This document shows positions 1 to 9,107 of a stretch of DNA of 64,000 bases, piece after piece. How positions within the stretch are numbered: the stretch's first letter is position 1; the number at the start of each line of letters is the position of its first letter. The notes under the pieces are model-generated. The model had not been told where the DNA came from and ran no database searches. It saw only the letters and a list, made by a program, of their open reading frames with translations. Both the position numbers and the translations under genes were made by a program. The stretch comes from Bacteroidota bacterium (GTDB taxonomy: Bacteria; Bacteroidota; Bacteroidia; Bacteroidales; VadinHA17), in assembly GCA_025350595.1 (NCBI GenBank), contig JANXXP010000202.1, forward strand, positions 13,393 through 77,392. The letters are read 5' to 3'.

Positions 1-1438
1 TACCCCCACGTGCGGTAAGGATACCTTCTGCAGCGCGCATTCCTTCAACATCTTCAGGGTTGGTCTCTTCACGGAGAAGAATAACTTTTTCACCTTTACG
101 GAACCATGCTACTGCATCTTCGGCATTAAATACAACTCTTCCAACTGCAGCACCAGGACCAGCAGGCAGACCTCTGACAACTGCACTGACTTTCTTTTCA
201 ACAGCAGGGTCGCAGATAGGGTGAAGAAGTTCGTCTAATTGAGCCGGGTCAACTCGCATAACAACAGTTTTCTCATCAATCACTTTATCGTGAAGCATAT
301 CCATTGCCATATTTACAGCAGCAGTACCTGTTCTTTTGCCAACCCTGCACTGTAACATATAGAGAGTACCTTCCTGAATTGTGAATTCAATATCAAGCAT
401 GTCGTGGAACGACTTCTCAAGTATATTGCGGATATCCCAAAGCTCTTTGTAAGTGCCTGGCATAGCTTCCTGCATACTGTGAAGATGTCTGTTCTGATCA
501 TTTTTTGTATCATCGTTAAGAGGACTTGGAGTGCGGATACCGGCAACAACGTCTTCTCCCTGAGCATTTACAAGCCATTCACCATAGAAAAGGTTCTCAC
601 CTGTTGCAGGGTTACGTGTGAATGCAACACCTGTAGCTGAGGTGTCACCCATGTTACCAAATACCATCGCTTGTACGTTAACAGCTGTTCCCCAATCATC
701 CGGAATGCCTTCAATACGACGATATGAAACAGCTTTCTTCCCATTCCAGCTTTTGAATACAGCTTTAATACTTCCTTCAAGCTGTTCTTTTGCATCATCA
801 GGGAAAGGTTTGCCAAGCGCCTTCAGAACTATTTTTTTGAAATCTTCAGCAAGTATTTTTAGCTCATCAGCAGAGATTTCTGTATCTGATTTATAACCTT
901 TTTGTTTCTTAAATTCATCAAGTTTCTCATCAAGCTGCTTACGGATTCCTTTTCCTTCGCCAAGATCAATGCCTTCAGCTTTCTCCATAACTACGTCAGC
1001 ATACATCATAATCAGACGACGATATGAATCCCATACAAAACGTGGGTTGTTGGTTTTCTTAAGAAAGCCGGGGATAGTTGCAGAGCAAAGACCTATGTTG
1101 AGAACTGTATCCATCATACCTGGCATAGAACTGCGGGCCCCTGAACGGCATGAAACAAGCAGTGCATTTCCTGCATCTCCATACTTCATGTTCATAGTCT
1201 CTTCAGTCTTTTTCATAGCAGCCCATACTTCGGGCATCAGATCGGCAGGAAGAGTACAATCGTTTTTATAGTACTCATTGCAGGCTTCTGTAGTAATCGT
1301 GAAACCGGCCGGAACAGGTAAACCCAACAGACACATTTCTGCAAGATTTGCACCTTTTCCTCCAAGGAGGTTCTTCATTTCGGTTTTACCTTCGGCTGTT
1401 TTCTTTCCAAAGGAGTAGACTCTTTTAACTTGTGACAT
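1..1438 (-). CDS. ppdK: Pyruvate, phosphate dikinase, N-terminal ~479 codons (gene continues past window start)
   Basis: Missing from the supplied ORF track because it is open at the window edge. My minus-strand translation from ATG (1438..1436) has no stop: MSQVKRVYSFGKKTAEGKTEMKNLLGGKGANLAEMCLLGLPVPAGFTITTEAC...GVAFTRNPATGENLFYGEWLVNAQGEDVVAGIRTP...FTIQEGTLYMLQCRVGKRTG...EETNPEDVEGMRAAEGILTARGG. These are PPDK / PEP-utilising-enzyme motifs. The short track ORFs at 313..1271 on both strands lie inside it. Confidence 0.9.
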   Translation of the reverse strand, partial: MSQVKRVYSFGKKTAEGKTEMKNLLGGKGANLAEMCLLGLPVPAGFTITTEACNEYYKNDCTLPADLMPEVWAAMKKTEETMNMKYGDAGNALLVSCRSGARSSMPGMMDTVLNIGLCSATIPGFLKKTNNPRFVWDSYRRLIMMYADVVMEKAEGIDLGEGKGIRKQLDEKLDEFKKQKGYKSDTEISADELKILAEDFKKIVLKALGKPFPDDAKEQLEGSIKAVFKSWNGKKAVSYRRIEGIPDDWGTAVNVQAMVFGNMGDTSATGVAFTRNPATGENLFYGEWLVNAQGEDVVAGIRTPSPLNDDTKNDQNRHLHSMQEAMPGTYKELWDIRNILEKSFHDMLDIEFTIQEGTLYMLQCRVGKRTGTAAVNMAMDMLHDKVIDEKTVVMRVDPAQLDELLHPICDPAVEKKVSAVVRGLPAGPGAAVGRVVFNAEDAVAWFRKGEKVILLREETNPEDVEGMRAAEGILTARGG

Positions 1439-1477
1439 AATTTTATTTTTTGAGAATTTATTAATTTATTGATTTTG

Positions 1478-1485
1478 CAAAATTA
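1478..1485 (-). promoter_or_regulatory. Candidate Bacteroidota -7 promoter box (TAATTTTG) for ppdK
   Basis: The minus strand reads TAATTTTG, matching TAnnTTTG, about 40 nt upstream of the ppdK ATG. Chance matches are possible in AT-rich DNA. Confidence 0.3.
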
Positions 1486-1550
1486 GGTGCAAAGTTAATA
1501 TTAAAAAATGAAATTCTGAAAAGAGGGGTGATGATAACTTATTGAATTTG

Positions 1551-1672
1551 CCCCCCAACCCACCTAAAGGGGGACTAAAACGCATATATACAGAAAATTA
1601 TAAGTATTATTTATGATGTAGAAGACAGCATAAATAATAGGTAATTAAAACCCCCTTTAGGGGGCAGGGGGC
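1551..1672. repeat. GC-run palindromic intergenic element, copy A
   Basis: Left arm is CCCCCCAACCCACCTAAAGGGGG (1551..1573). Right arm is CCCCCTTTAGGGGGCAGGGGGC (1651..1672). The arms are imperfect reverse complements flanking a ~77-nt AT-rich core. Each arm holds a C5/G5 mini-hairpin. A second copy with the same termini lies at 48118..48249. Confidence 0.75.
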
Positions 1673-1751
1673 AAAAAAAAGAATGTAAAGAAACATATGG
1701 GCAGGGGGCAAAAAAAAACACGGATGGAAAGAAACACAGGGGAACAGACGG
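1662..1751. repeat. ~37-nt tandem direct repeat (about 2.3 units) starting in the right arm of element A
   Basis: GGGCAGGGGGC+A8+GAATGTAAAGAAACATAT (1662..1698) repeats as GGGCAGGGGGC+A9+CACGGATGGAAAGAAACACAG (1699..1739). A partial third unit GGGGAACAGACGGG follows. Confidence 0.6.
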
Positions 1752-1786
1752 GTGAAAATTTAAACTAGTTCTGTTCTAAGTAATCC

Positions 1787-2686
1787 TTACGCCCTCGGAT
1801 GAAACATAATCAGGGTATCCCTCAGATAACTTCTGTCGATGTGGGTGTATATTTCAGTAGTTAAGATAGACTCATGTCCCAGCATTTCCTGTACCGCTCG
1901 CAGATCAGCGCCAGCCTCTATCATGTGTGTCGCAAAGGAGTGTCTGAAAGTATGAGGATGGATGTTTTTTCTTATACCGGCTTTTGCTGCAAGATCTTTT
2001 ATTATTGTGAATATCATTGCCCTCGTAAGTTTTGACCCCCTTCTGTTAAGAAAAAGTACGTTCTGATCGTGAATTACTGAAAGACAGTCTCTGTCCTTTT
2101 TATATATATCTATCTCCTTCAGGGCTTTACCGCTTACAGGAACAAGTCTTTGTTTATTACCTTTTCCGGTTACAATTACAAAACCTTCACCATAATGGAT
2201 ATCGGTCAGCCTTAGATTTACAAGTTCAGATACACGAAGCCCGCATCCGTAAAGCGTTTCTATGATTGCTTTATTCCTGTGCCCTTCCGGTTTACTCAGG
2301 TCAATTTCAGCAATCATGCTATCTATCTCAAGTACCGACAGAACTTCAGGAAGCTTGAGTCCGATTTTTGGGGATTCAATCAAAGAAGACGGATTCTCAT
2401 CAATTTCTCCATCGATTAACAGGAATTTATAAAAAGCCCTGATACCGGAAAGTACTCTCGACTGCGTTCTTGCATTATTGTTTTCAGCTCCGTACCATAA
2501 TATAAATCCTTTAAGATCGGAATATGTTACTTTAGTCGGAATATTGTCACTTCCCGATTCGGTGAAATATTTTTCCAGTTTTGAAACATCGGAAAGATAT
2601 GCTTCAACACTGTTCTCCGACAATGATTTCTCAAGTCTGAGATATGTTTCGAAATTTCTGAACGATTGCTTCCAGGTAAGACTCAT
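1787..2686 (-). CDS. xerD: Tyrosine site-specific recombinase XerD
   Basis: The C-terminal catalytic region HPHTFRHSFATHMIEAGADLRAVQEMLGHESILTTEIYTH contains the R..HxxR..Y residues. The N-terminal core-binding region reads FETYLRLEKSLSENSVEAYLSDV. I prefer the ATG at 2686 (MSLTWKQSF); the track ORF extends to 2707. Adjacency to aroQ is typical of the housekeeping xerD in this phylum. Confidence 0.85.
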   Translation of the reverse strand: MSLTWKQSFRNFETYLRLEKSLSENSVEAYLSDVSKLEKYFTESGSDNIPTKVTYSDLKGFILWYGAENNNARTQSRVLSGIRAFYKFLLIDGEIDENPSSLIESPKIGLKLPEVLSVLEIDSMIAEIDLSKPEGHRNKAIIETLYGCGLRVSELVNLRLTDIHYGEGFVIVTGKGNKQRLVPVSGKALKEIDIYKKDRDCLSVIHDQNVLFLNRRGSKLTRAMIFTIIKDLAAKAGIRKNIHPHTFRHSFATHMIEAGADLRAVQEMLGHESILTTEIYTHIDRSYLRDTLIMFHPRA

Positions 2687-2827
2687 TTCTCTAATTAATG
2701 AACACAAAGTAACACAAAGTATCTCTTGTTCATTCTGTTCATGTCCTTAAATATTTTTTGCCTATTTTTACAAATAATTATTTTGAAACATTTAATATTT
2801 TAAATTCCGGAATAAACTCATCATCAG

Positions 2828-3265
2828 ATGCAAATAAAAATTATCAATGGGCCGAATCTTAATCTGCTTGGCACCAGAGAGCCTGATAAATACGGGCACT
2901 CCTCATTTGAAGATTACTTTCTGATACTAAAATCCCGATTCCCTGATATTCGTTTTGAATATTTTCAATCGAATATTGAAGGTGAAATAATAAATGAAAT
3001 TCAGAAAGTCGGATTTACTTTTGAAGGAATAATTCTTAATGCTGCCGGGTATACACATACCTCAGTATCTATTACCGATGCAATTGCAGCAATAGTTACG
3101 CCAGTAGTTGAAGTTCACATTACAAATATTTCAGCACGTGAGGATTTCCGGCATACAAGTCTGATCGGCAGAAACTGTGCTGGAAGCGTATCGGGCTTTG
3201 GACTGGATAGTTACAGACTTGCTGTTGAAGCGCTTATTGCAATTGTAAATTCAAAGAATAAATAA
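2828..3265 (+). CDS. aroQ: 3-dehydroquinate dehydratase, type II
   Basis: 145 aa. MQIKIINGPNLNLLGTREPDKYG...NAAGYTHTSVSITDA...VEVHITNI matches the type II DHQase pattern. Confidence 0.92.
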   Translation: MQIKIINGPNLNLLGTREPDKYGHSSFEDYFLILKSRFPDIRFEYFQSNIEGEIINEIQKVGFTFEGIILNAAGYTHTSVSITDAIAAIVTPVVEVHITNISAREDFRHTSLIGRNCAGSVSGFGLDSYRLAVEALIAIVNSKNK

Positions 3266-3268
3266 TTT

Positions 3269-4699
3269 ATGGACAGAAAAAGAACAAAAATTGTAGCAAC
3301 TATTTCGGACAGAAACTGCGAAGCTGAATTTATTAAAGAACTTTATGAAGCTGGTATGGATGTGGTGAGGATTAACTCGGCCCATTTAAATATTGAAGGT
3401 GCACTAAAAATAATAAAAAATGTACGTGAGGTATCTGATAAAATTGCAATACTTATTGATACGAAGGGCCCTGAAATAAGAACTACTGTCTGTGATGAAC
3501 CAATTGTACTCAAAAAGGGCAGTGAGATCAGTATTATTGGAGATCCGACTAAGAAGAGCAGCAGTGAGGCAATTCATGTTAGTTATGAAACTTTTTCATC
3601 GGATATTCCTCTTGGGTCAGTTATTCTTATTGATGACGGGGAGATTGAACTAAGGGTTTTGAGAAAAAAGGGCACTGCTCTGGAATGCATTATTGATAAT
3701 GATGCTATTCTGGGATCAAGAAAAAGTGTTAACATCCCAAGTGTAAAAATAACCCTTCCTTCACTTACTGAAAAGGACAAAGCTTTTATTGAAATGGCAG
3801 TTAAGAATGACGTTGATTTTATTGCCCATTCATTTGTTCGATCAAGACAGGATGTGATGGATGTCCAGGCAGTTCTTAATTCTTTTAAAAGCAAGATCAA
3901 GATAATTGCAAAGATTGAAAACCAGGAAGGTGTTGATAATATAGATGATATCCTTGATAATGTATATGGAATCATGGTAGCAAGGGGAGATCTTGCAATA
4001 GAAATTCCTTACGAGAAAATTCCGGGTATCCAGAGAATGATAATAACGAAATGTATCATTAGTAGAAAACCGGTTATAGTTGCAACGCAGATGCTTCATT
4101 CAATGATAACTAACCCAAGGCCTACACGTGCTGAGGTTAGTGATATAGCAAATGCAATTTATACACAAACCGATGCAATTATGCTCAGCGGGGAAACTGC
4201 AAATGGAAAATATCCGGTTGAGGCAGTAAAAACAATGACAAAGGTAGCTCTTGAGGTTGAAAAGAATAAAGAAAAGTTCATGGATATTCCTTACCTGAAT
4301 GTTACTGGTGAAATATCGGCTTACCTGGCAAAAGTAGCTGTTAAAACTGCATTCAGAATCGGAGCCAGGGGAATTATTGCTGATACTACAGGAGGAAGAA
4401 CTATTCGTGACATGGCTTCATACAGAGGAATCAACCTGATTCTTGCACAATGTTACCTTGAAAGTACTATGCGCGAAATGGCTCTTTCTTATGGGGTATA
4501 TGCGAGTTTTCAGGAAAGAAGAAAATCGGTTGATGAGTTTTTGCACATTGCTTTAAAAAGCATGGTTAAAACACATAACCTTAAGAGCGATGATATAATT
4601 GTTGTGCTTGCCGGTAACTTTTCAGGAGGGTCAGGATTTTCATTTATAGAGGTAGGTTCGGTTCAATATCTGAAAGACCGTGTAAGCATAAAAGACTGA
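3269..4699 (+). CDS. pyk: Pyruvate kinase
   Basis: 476 aa. RKRTKIVATISDRN...MDVVRINSAHL...DTKGPEIRT...IMVARGDLAIEIP...ATQMLHSMI...SGETANGKYP. Confidence 0.93.
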   Translation: MDRKRTKIVATISDRNCEAEFIKELYEAGMDVVRINSAHLNIEGALKIIKNVREVSDKIAILIDTKGPEIRTTVCDEPIVLKKGSEISIIGDPTKKSSSEAIHVSYETFSSDIPLGSVILIDDGEIELRVLRKKGTALECIIDNDAILGSRKSVNIPSVKITLPSLTEKDKAFIEMAVKNDVDFIAHSFVRSRQDVMDVQAVLNSFKSKIKIIAKIENQEGVDNIDDILDNVYGIMVARGDLAIEIPYEKIPGIQRMIITKCIISRKPVIVATQMLHSMITNPRPTRAEVSDIANAIYTQTDAIMLSGETANGKYPVEAVKTMTKVALEVEKNKEKFMDIPYLNVTGEISAYLAKVAVKTAFRIGARGIIADTTGGRTIRDMASYRGINLILAQCYLESTMREMALSYGVYASFQERRKSVDEFLHIALKSMVKTHNLKSDDIIVVLAGNFSGGSGFSFIEVGSVQYLKDRVSIKD

Positions 4700-4720
4700 C
4701 CAAAAATTGGTCTGATTTTT
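4698..4720 (+). terminator. Weak intrinsic terminator after pyk
   Basis: GACCA-AAAAT-TGGTC hairpin (4698..4712) followed by TGATTTTT. The stem is only 5 bp. Confidence 0.3.
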
Positions 4721-4751
4721 GATGTTAATTTATGACCATTAACTGAGAAAA

Positions 4752-5231
4752 ATGTTCAGAATACTCTTTTTTTCAATATGGTTTTTATTTCATCCGGTAC
4801 ATGTCACAATGACGAGTATTGATTATGTTCCGGAAATGAAATCTTACAAAGTATTTATAAGAATGTATTTTGATGATTTTCTGCGCGATTGCCATCTCGA
4901 AGCAGGAGATATTCAAATTAAACAGTTTTCGGATAACAATTCTGCTTCCAGAGACGTTATGGAGAAGTATCTGAAAGAGAAAATTGTAATAAAAGTAAAT
5001 GAAGAACAGCTTTCTGGAAAATTGAAAGAAATGAATCTTGCTGATAATCAGATTAGTATGATTCTTGAGTATGGCGCAGGAAAACAACCTGAAACTATCA
5101 CTGTAAAAAACCTTATTATGATTGGTCTCTACAGCGATATGTCGAATATGCTGATCGTTAAGATAAATGATTTCGAAGAAGGATTAAAGCTCACCTCTGA
5201 TTTAACTGAACAGACTTTTAAAATAAAATAA
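4752..5231 (+). CDS. Small exported protein, DUF6702-like
   Basis: 159 aa with a signal-like N-terminus. HPVHVTMTSIDYVPEMKSYKVFIRMYFDDFLRD resembles the 'H.fyvS.t.i.y....k.l.i..r.F.DD' start of that family, recalled from memory. It lies 7 nt upstream of the T9SS cargo gene. Confidence 0.45.
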   Translation: MFRILFFSIWFLFHPVHVTMTSIDYVPEMKSYKVFIRMYFDDFLRDCHLEAGDIQIKQFSDNNSASRDVMEKYLKEKIVIKVNEEQLSGKLKEMNLADNQISMILEYGAGKQPETITVKNLIMIGLYSDMSNMLIVKINDFEEGLKLTSDLTEQTFKIK

Positions 5232-5238
5232 TTCAACC

Positions 5239-7866
5239 GTGAAAAATCTTATTGGAAGGAAACTTTTTTTACTGCTTTCGTTTTTATTTTGTTTTGTTAC
5301 GGTGAATGCAACCCACAATCGTGCCGGAGAAATTACTTATGTGCAGTTGTCTGATCTTAGTTATGAAATAACGATAACTACATTCACCTATACTTTAAGT
5401 TTTGCTGACCGACCCACCCTCGATGTGGAATGGGGTGATAACACAATATCCACAGCCCCTCGTATCAGCATGCTCACCCTTCCTAATTACTACAGGAGGA
5501 ATGTTTATAAAATCATTCATACCTATCCAGGTCCGGGAGTTTATAAAATTGTCGTACAGGATCCTAACCGTAACGCCAATGTAAAGAATATTCCTAATTC
5601 AGTGAATGTTATGTTTTCCATGTCGACTATACTTACTGTCAATCCGGCAATGGGACGTAACAGCACGCCTATTCTTCTCAATCCACCTTACGATAAAGCC
5701 GCTTATCACTATGTGTTTATTCATAATCCCGGTGCATTTGACCCGGATGGTGATAGTCTTTCATATAAGCTCACAGTATGTACACGTGATGATGGAAAAC
5801 CCATCGAAGGATATACGCTGCCTCCGGCAACACATTCAATAAGAGTTGATTCCATAAGCGGCGATCTAATATGGGACACTCCGGCTGACACAGGCGCTTT
5901 TAACGTAGCTATGGAGATACAGGAGTGGCGAAACGGTAAGAAAATAGGGTATGTAGAACGTGATATGCAGATCGATGTATATACCACTAACAATAAACCT
6001 CCTGTCAATGGCCCTCTGTCTGATTATTGTGTTGAGGCAGGCCAGGCTGTTAATTTCATTTTTTCAGCATCAGATATAAATAACGACCATTTAACTCTCA
6101 AATCTACTTCTGGTGTATTCCGGCTTGGTTCTTGTCCTGCTCAATTTACTAAAGTAGATTCAGTTGCTGGTCGGGCGTCTTCAAGATTCACCTGGGTGCC
6201 TTGTCACGACGCAGTAAGGAATCAACCATATGATGTGATTTTCAAATCAGAGGACGATAATCCCGATGTTAAACTCTCCGATATCAGTCATATGAAAATT
6301 AAAGTGCTTGGACCATCACCTAAAGTACTGAATGCAGTTCCGGAAGGCAAACTGATCAGATTATCGTGGGCAGATTATGGTACCAGCGTAATAGCCGGAT
6401 TTAGCATCTACAGAAGAGAAGGCGCCTCAACATTTAATCCCGATTCATGCACCGCAGGAATACCTTCATCTACAGGATTTAAAAAAGTAGGGTATATTGA
6501 TGGGAGCTCAAAAACTTCTTATCCCGATTCTGATAACGGACAAGGCCTTCAGTTCGGTAAAGAATATACATACAGGATAGTAGCTGTTTATCCAAACGGT
6601 ACTGAAAGTAAAGCCTCAAACGAAATTACATCTACATTAGTTTCCGGAGTACCTGTTGTAAGAAATGTTAGTGTCAGAAGCACCGATGCTGTTAATGGTG
6701 CTATATTTCTCTCATGGAAAAAACCATTGCGGCTCGATACAATACCAAATGTTCACGGACCATTTGAATACCTGATTTACAGAGCGAGCGGAGTAGGTGG
6801 AACAACTTATCAGCAAATAAAATCAATACCTACTATTAATCTTAATGATACCATTCTGACAGACACTCTTCTAAATACTCAATCATCAGGATATATTTAC
6901 AAAATTGAATTATGGAATAATGAATCGGGTAACAGATTTCTGGTTGGAGAACCCGGATATGCTTCATCTGTATTTCTGACTATTTCCCCTGGTGATAAAA
7001 AAGCACGATTTGTTATAAACAGGAATGTGCCATGGATTAATACCAGGTACGACTTCTTTAGGCTAAATGAAACAACAATGGTGTACGATTCAGTTGGCTC
7101 AACCAACCAGTTGACTTTTACCGACAATGGTTTGATGAATGGCAAGTCGTATTGCTATTTAGTACGCTCCATGGGTGGGTACAGCTCTGCAAATCTCCCC
7201 AAAAATCTTATTAACTTTTCAGAATCAGTATGTACTACTCCTGTTGATAATGAGCCGCCATGTCAGCCCCAGGTTAGTGTTATAAGCAAATGCGATAGCC
7301 TTTATAATAATATTTCCTGGGCAATTACCGATACAGCTTGTTTTAGTGATGTTGCAGGTTATAAAGTATATGCTAAAATGAGTTCTGCGGAAAGTCTTTC
7401 CTTAATTACGACTATTAATGATAAAAATATCTTCACATATAAGCATCATCCAGGAGAAACAATAGCAGGTTGTTATGCTGTTACAGCATTCGATATTCAT
7501 GGTAACGAGAGTCAGAATCCGGTTATGGTTTGCGTTGATTCCTGTAATTTTTATGAAATTCCTAATGTATTTACACCTAATGGAGATAATATTAATGATA
7601 AACTGGTAGCCAAAACATCAGGATTGGTCGAAAAGGTAGATTTCAGGATCTTTAACAGAGATGGTATGATGATTTTCAAAACAGAGGAACCCAGGATTGA
7701 ATGGGACGGTACATATAAGGGGAAAATAGTTTCTCCCGGAGTTTATTTTTATCAGTGCGATGTATACGAAAGGCGAATTTCAGGACTTGAATTATTCCAT
7801 ATCTCGGGTTTCGTTCATGTTATTACAACTGCAGATGCAAAGGTGAATAGTGTGAAGACAAAATGA
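5239..7866 (+). CDS. Large secreted protein with T9SS type-B (gliding-motility CHU_C) C-terminal sorting domain
   Basis: 875 aa with a GTG start and signal peptide (LLLSFLFCFVTVNA). The N-terminal THNRAGEITY module is followed by FN3/Ig-like repeats. The C-terminal ~90 aa read YEIPNVFTPNGDNINDKL...FRIFNRDGMMIF...WDGTYKGKIVSPGVYFYQ. Confidence 0.85.
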   Translation: MKNLIGRKLFLLLSFLFCFVTVNATHNRAGEITYVQLSDLSYEITITTFTYTLSFADRPTLDVEWGDNTISTAPRISMLTLPNYYRRNVYKIIHTYPGPGVYKIVVQDPNRNANVKNIPNSVNVMFSMSTILTVNPAMGRNSTPILLNPPYDKAAYHYVFIHNPGAFDPDGDSLSYKLTVCTRDDGKPIEGYTLPPATHSIRVDSISGDLIWDTPADTGAFNVAMEIQEWRNGKKIGYVERDMQIDVYTTNNKPPVNGPLSDYCVEAGQAVNFIFSASDINNDHLTLKSTSGVFRLGSCPAQFTKVDSVAGRASSRFTWVPCHDAVRNQPYDVIFKSEDDNPDVKLSDISHMKIKVLGPSPKVLNAVPEGKLIRLSWADYGTSVIAGFSIYRREGASTFNPDSCTAGIPSSTGFKKVGYIDGSSKTSYPDSDNGQGLQFGKEYTYRIVAVYPNGTESKASNEITSTLVSGVPVVRNVSVRSTDAVNGAIFLSWKKPLRLDTIPNVHGPFEYLIYRASGVGGTTYQQIKSIPTINLNDTILTDTLLNTQSSGYIYKIELWNNESGNRFLVGEPGYASSVFLTISPGDKKARFVINRNVPWINTRYDFFRLNETTMVYDSVGSTNQLTFTDNGLMNGKSYCYLVRSMGGYSSANLPKNLINFSESVCTTPVDNEPPCQPQVSVISKCDSLYNNISWAITDTACFSDVAGYKVYAKMSSAESLSLITTINDKNIFTYKHHPGETIAGCYAVTAFDIHGNESQNPVMVCVDSCNFYEIPNVFTPNGDNINDKLVAKTSGLVEKVDFRIFNRDGMMIFKTEEPRIEWDGTYKGKIVSPGVYFYQCDVYERRISGLELFHISGFVHVITTADAKVNSVKTK

Positions 7867-7884
7867 TTTTGTAGAACTTTTAAG

Positions 7885-9087
7885 ATGAAGAAAATATTAA
7901 CTCTGGTTTTGATTTTGGTTGTAACGGGAACTGTTTTCGGACAAAAAACAGTTTACTATATTCTCAAGGCAAGGGCATTAACTGAAGAAGGTAAACATGA
8001 TCTTGCAATTAGCTTGCTTGACAGAGCCATTTCTGAAACAAAGGAAAGCGGATATTTTACACAAAGAGCTGAAGCAAACATTCTTAATGGAAATTATTCA
8101 GCTGCCTTAAGCGATTATAACGAAGCCAATAAGTTAACTGCTTCCTCAGGGGAATACGGACTTGCAAGGATCTATTCCCTGAAAGGAGACGCAGGAACTG
8201 CTTTATATCATCTGGAATTAAATCTTAACTCTTCCTTCAGAAAAGGTGAACAAGAGATTATGCTTGACCCGGCATTCGGAGTTATTGAAAACAGGTCCGA
8301 ATGGCGACAGTTCTGGAAAAAGGAGTGGTACAGCAGCACTGAAAAAAGTCTTTCGGAAATAGAATATTATATCTCCGCTGGAAAAGCCGATGAATCAAAA
8401 GCTGTTTTGTCTGAATTGAAACAAAATAATCCGCTTAATGATGATATTCTTTATGCTGAAGCACTTATCAACCTCGCAGCAGGCAAGTACTCTGAAGTAA
8501 TTAAAGTGATCTCCGGGTTAACTCTCCAGTATCCGGGGAATGAAAAATACTTAGGTTTACTGGCAAAAGCACATACGGGTGCTTCAAATCAGGTAGCAGC
8601 GTCAGTAATTTATTCGCAGCTGATTGGTTCGGGAGTTCCTGATGCTGAATTGTATATTCTCAGAGCTGAATGTTACAGGAAAACCGGCGAAACAGTCAAA
8701 GCGCTCTCTGACATTGAAAAATATCTTGATTTATACCCGGAAAATAAAAACGCTCTCAGTCTGGCAGGTAAAGTTGAGTCTGCCTCAGGTGACAATTTAA
8801 AAGCTCTCGAATATTTTTCAACCAACCTTAAGCTGCATCCAAATGATCCTGAGTGCTATATTGACAGAGCAAATTCTTATTTTGTTTCAAAATCCTGGGA
8901 TCTTGCAATTAAAGATTACAGTATGTCGCTCGATCTTAAACCGTCAAACTCAGATACCTGGCTTAATAAGGGTATCGGATTGCTTAACTCCGGGAAAGTA
9001 GATGATGCCTGTCACGATTTCAGAAAATCCCTGAGCCTCGGAAATAAAAGGGCCTCCGATTTCATCAGTAATAATTGTATAAAATAA
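7885..9087 (+). CDS. Exported TPR-repeat protein
   Basis: 400 aa with signal peptide MKKILTLVLILVVTGTVFGQ. It has repeated A..Y..AL....P.n..a TPR-like units, for example ALEYFSTNLKLHPNDPECYIDRANSYF and AIKDYSMSLDLKPSNSDTWLNKG. Confidence 0.75.
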   Translation: MKKILTLVLILVVTGTVFGQKTVYYILKARALTEEGKHDLAISLLDRAISETKESGYFTQRAEANILNGNYSAALSDYNEANKLTASSGEYGLARIYSLKGDAGTALYHLELNLNSSFRKGEQEIMLDPAFGVIENRSEWRQFWKKEWYSSTEKSLSEIEYYISAGKADESKAVLSELKQNNPLNDDILYAEALINLAAGKYSEVIKVISGLTLQYPGNEKYLGLLAKAHTGASNQVAASVIYSQLIGSGVPDAELYILRAECYRKTGETVKALSDIEKYLDLYPENKNALSLAGKVESASGDNLKALEYFSTNLKLHPNDPECYIDRANSYFVSKSWDLAIKDYSMSLDLKPSNSDTWLNKGIGLLNSGKVDDACHDFRKSLSLGNKRASDFISNNCIK

Positions 9088-9107
9088 GAGGCAACAGCCT
9101 GTGGCCT

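Noticed and set aside
313-1271. Five track ORFs (84-100 aa, both strands) at the window start
   Set aside because: All lie inside the uninterrupted minus-strand ppdK reading frame, whose translation matches PPDK throughout. They are shadow or alternative-frame ORFs.
1551-1672. Invertible promoter (inverton) hypothesis: inverted repeats next to a tyrosine recombinase gene
   Set aside because: The recombinase looks like the housekeeping XerD, given its full conserved catalytic region and aroQ adjacency. The enclosed segment is only ~77 nt and has no exact TAnnTTTG box. A second copy of the element (48118..48249) has no recombinase nearby. A repeat or terminator-like element explains the data better. 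Read-level inversion analysis could still test it.
1662-1751. Possible CRISPR-like array (repeated GGGCAGGGGGC units)
   Set aside because: There are only about 2.3 units. The 'spacers' are themselves homologous, so this is a tandem duplication. There are no cas genes and the repeat structure is atypical.
9088-9107. Bidirectional terminator between the TPR gene and the histidine kinase gene
   Set aside because: There are only 20 nt with 4-bp pairings (AGGC/GCCT) and no U-tract. This is insufficient evidence.
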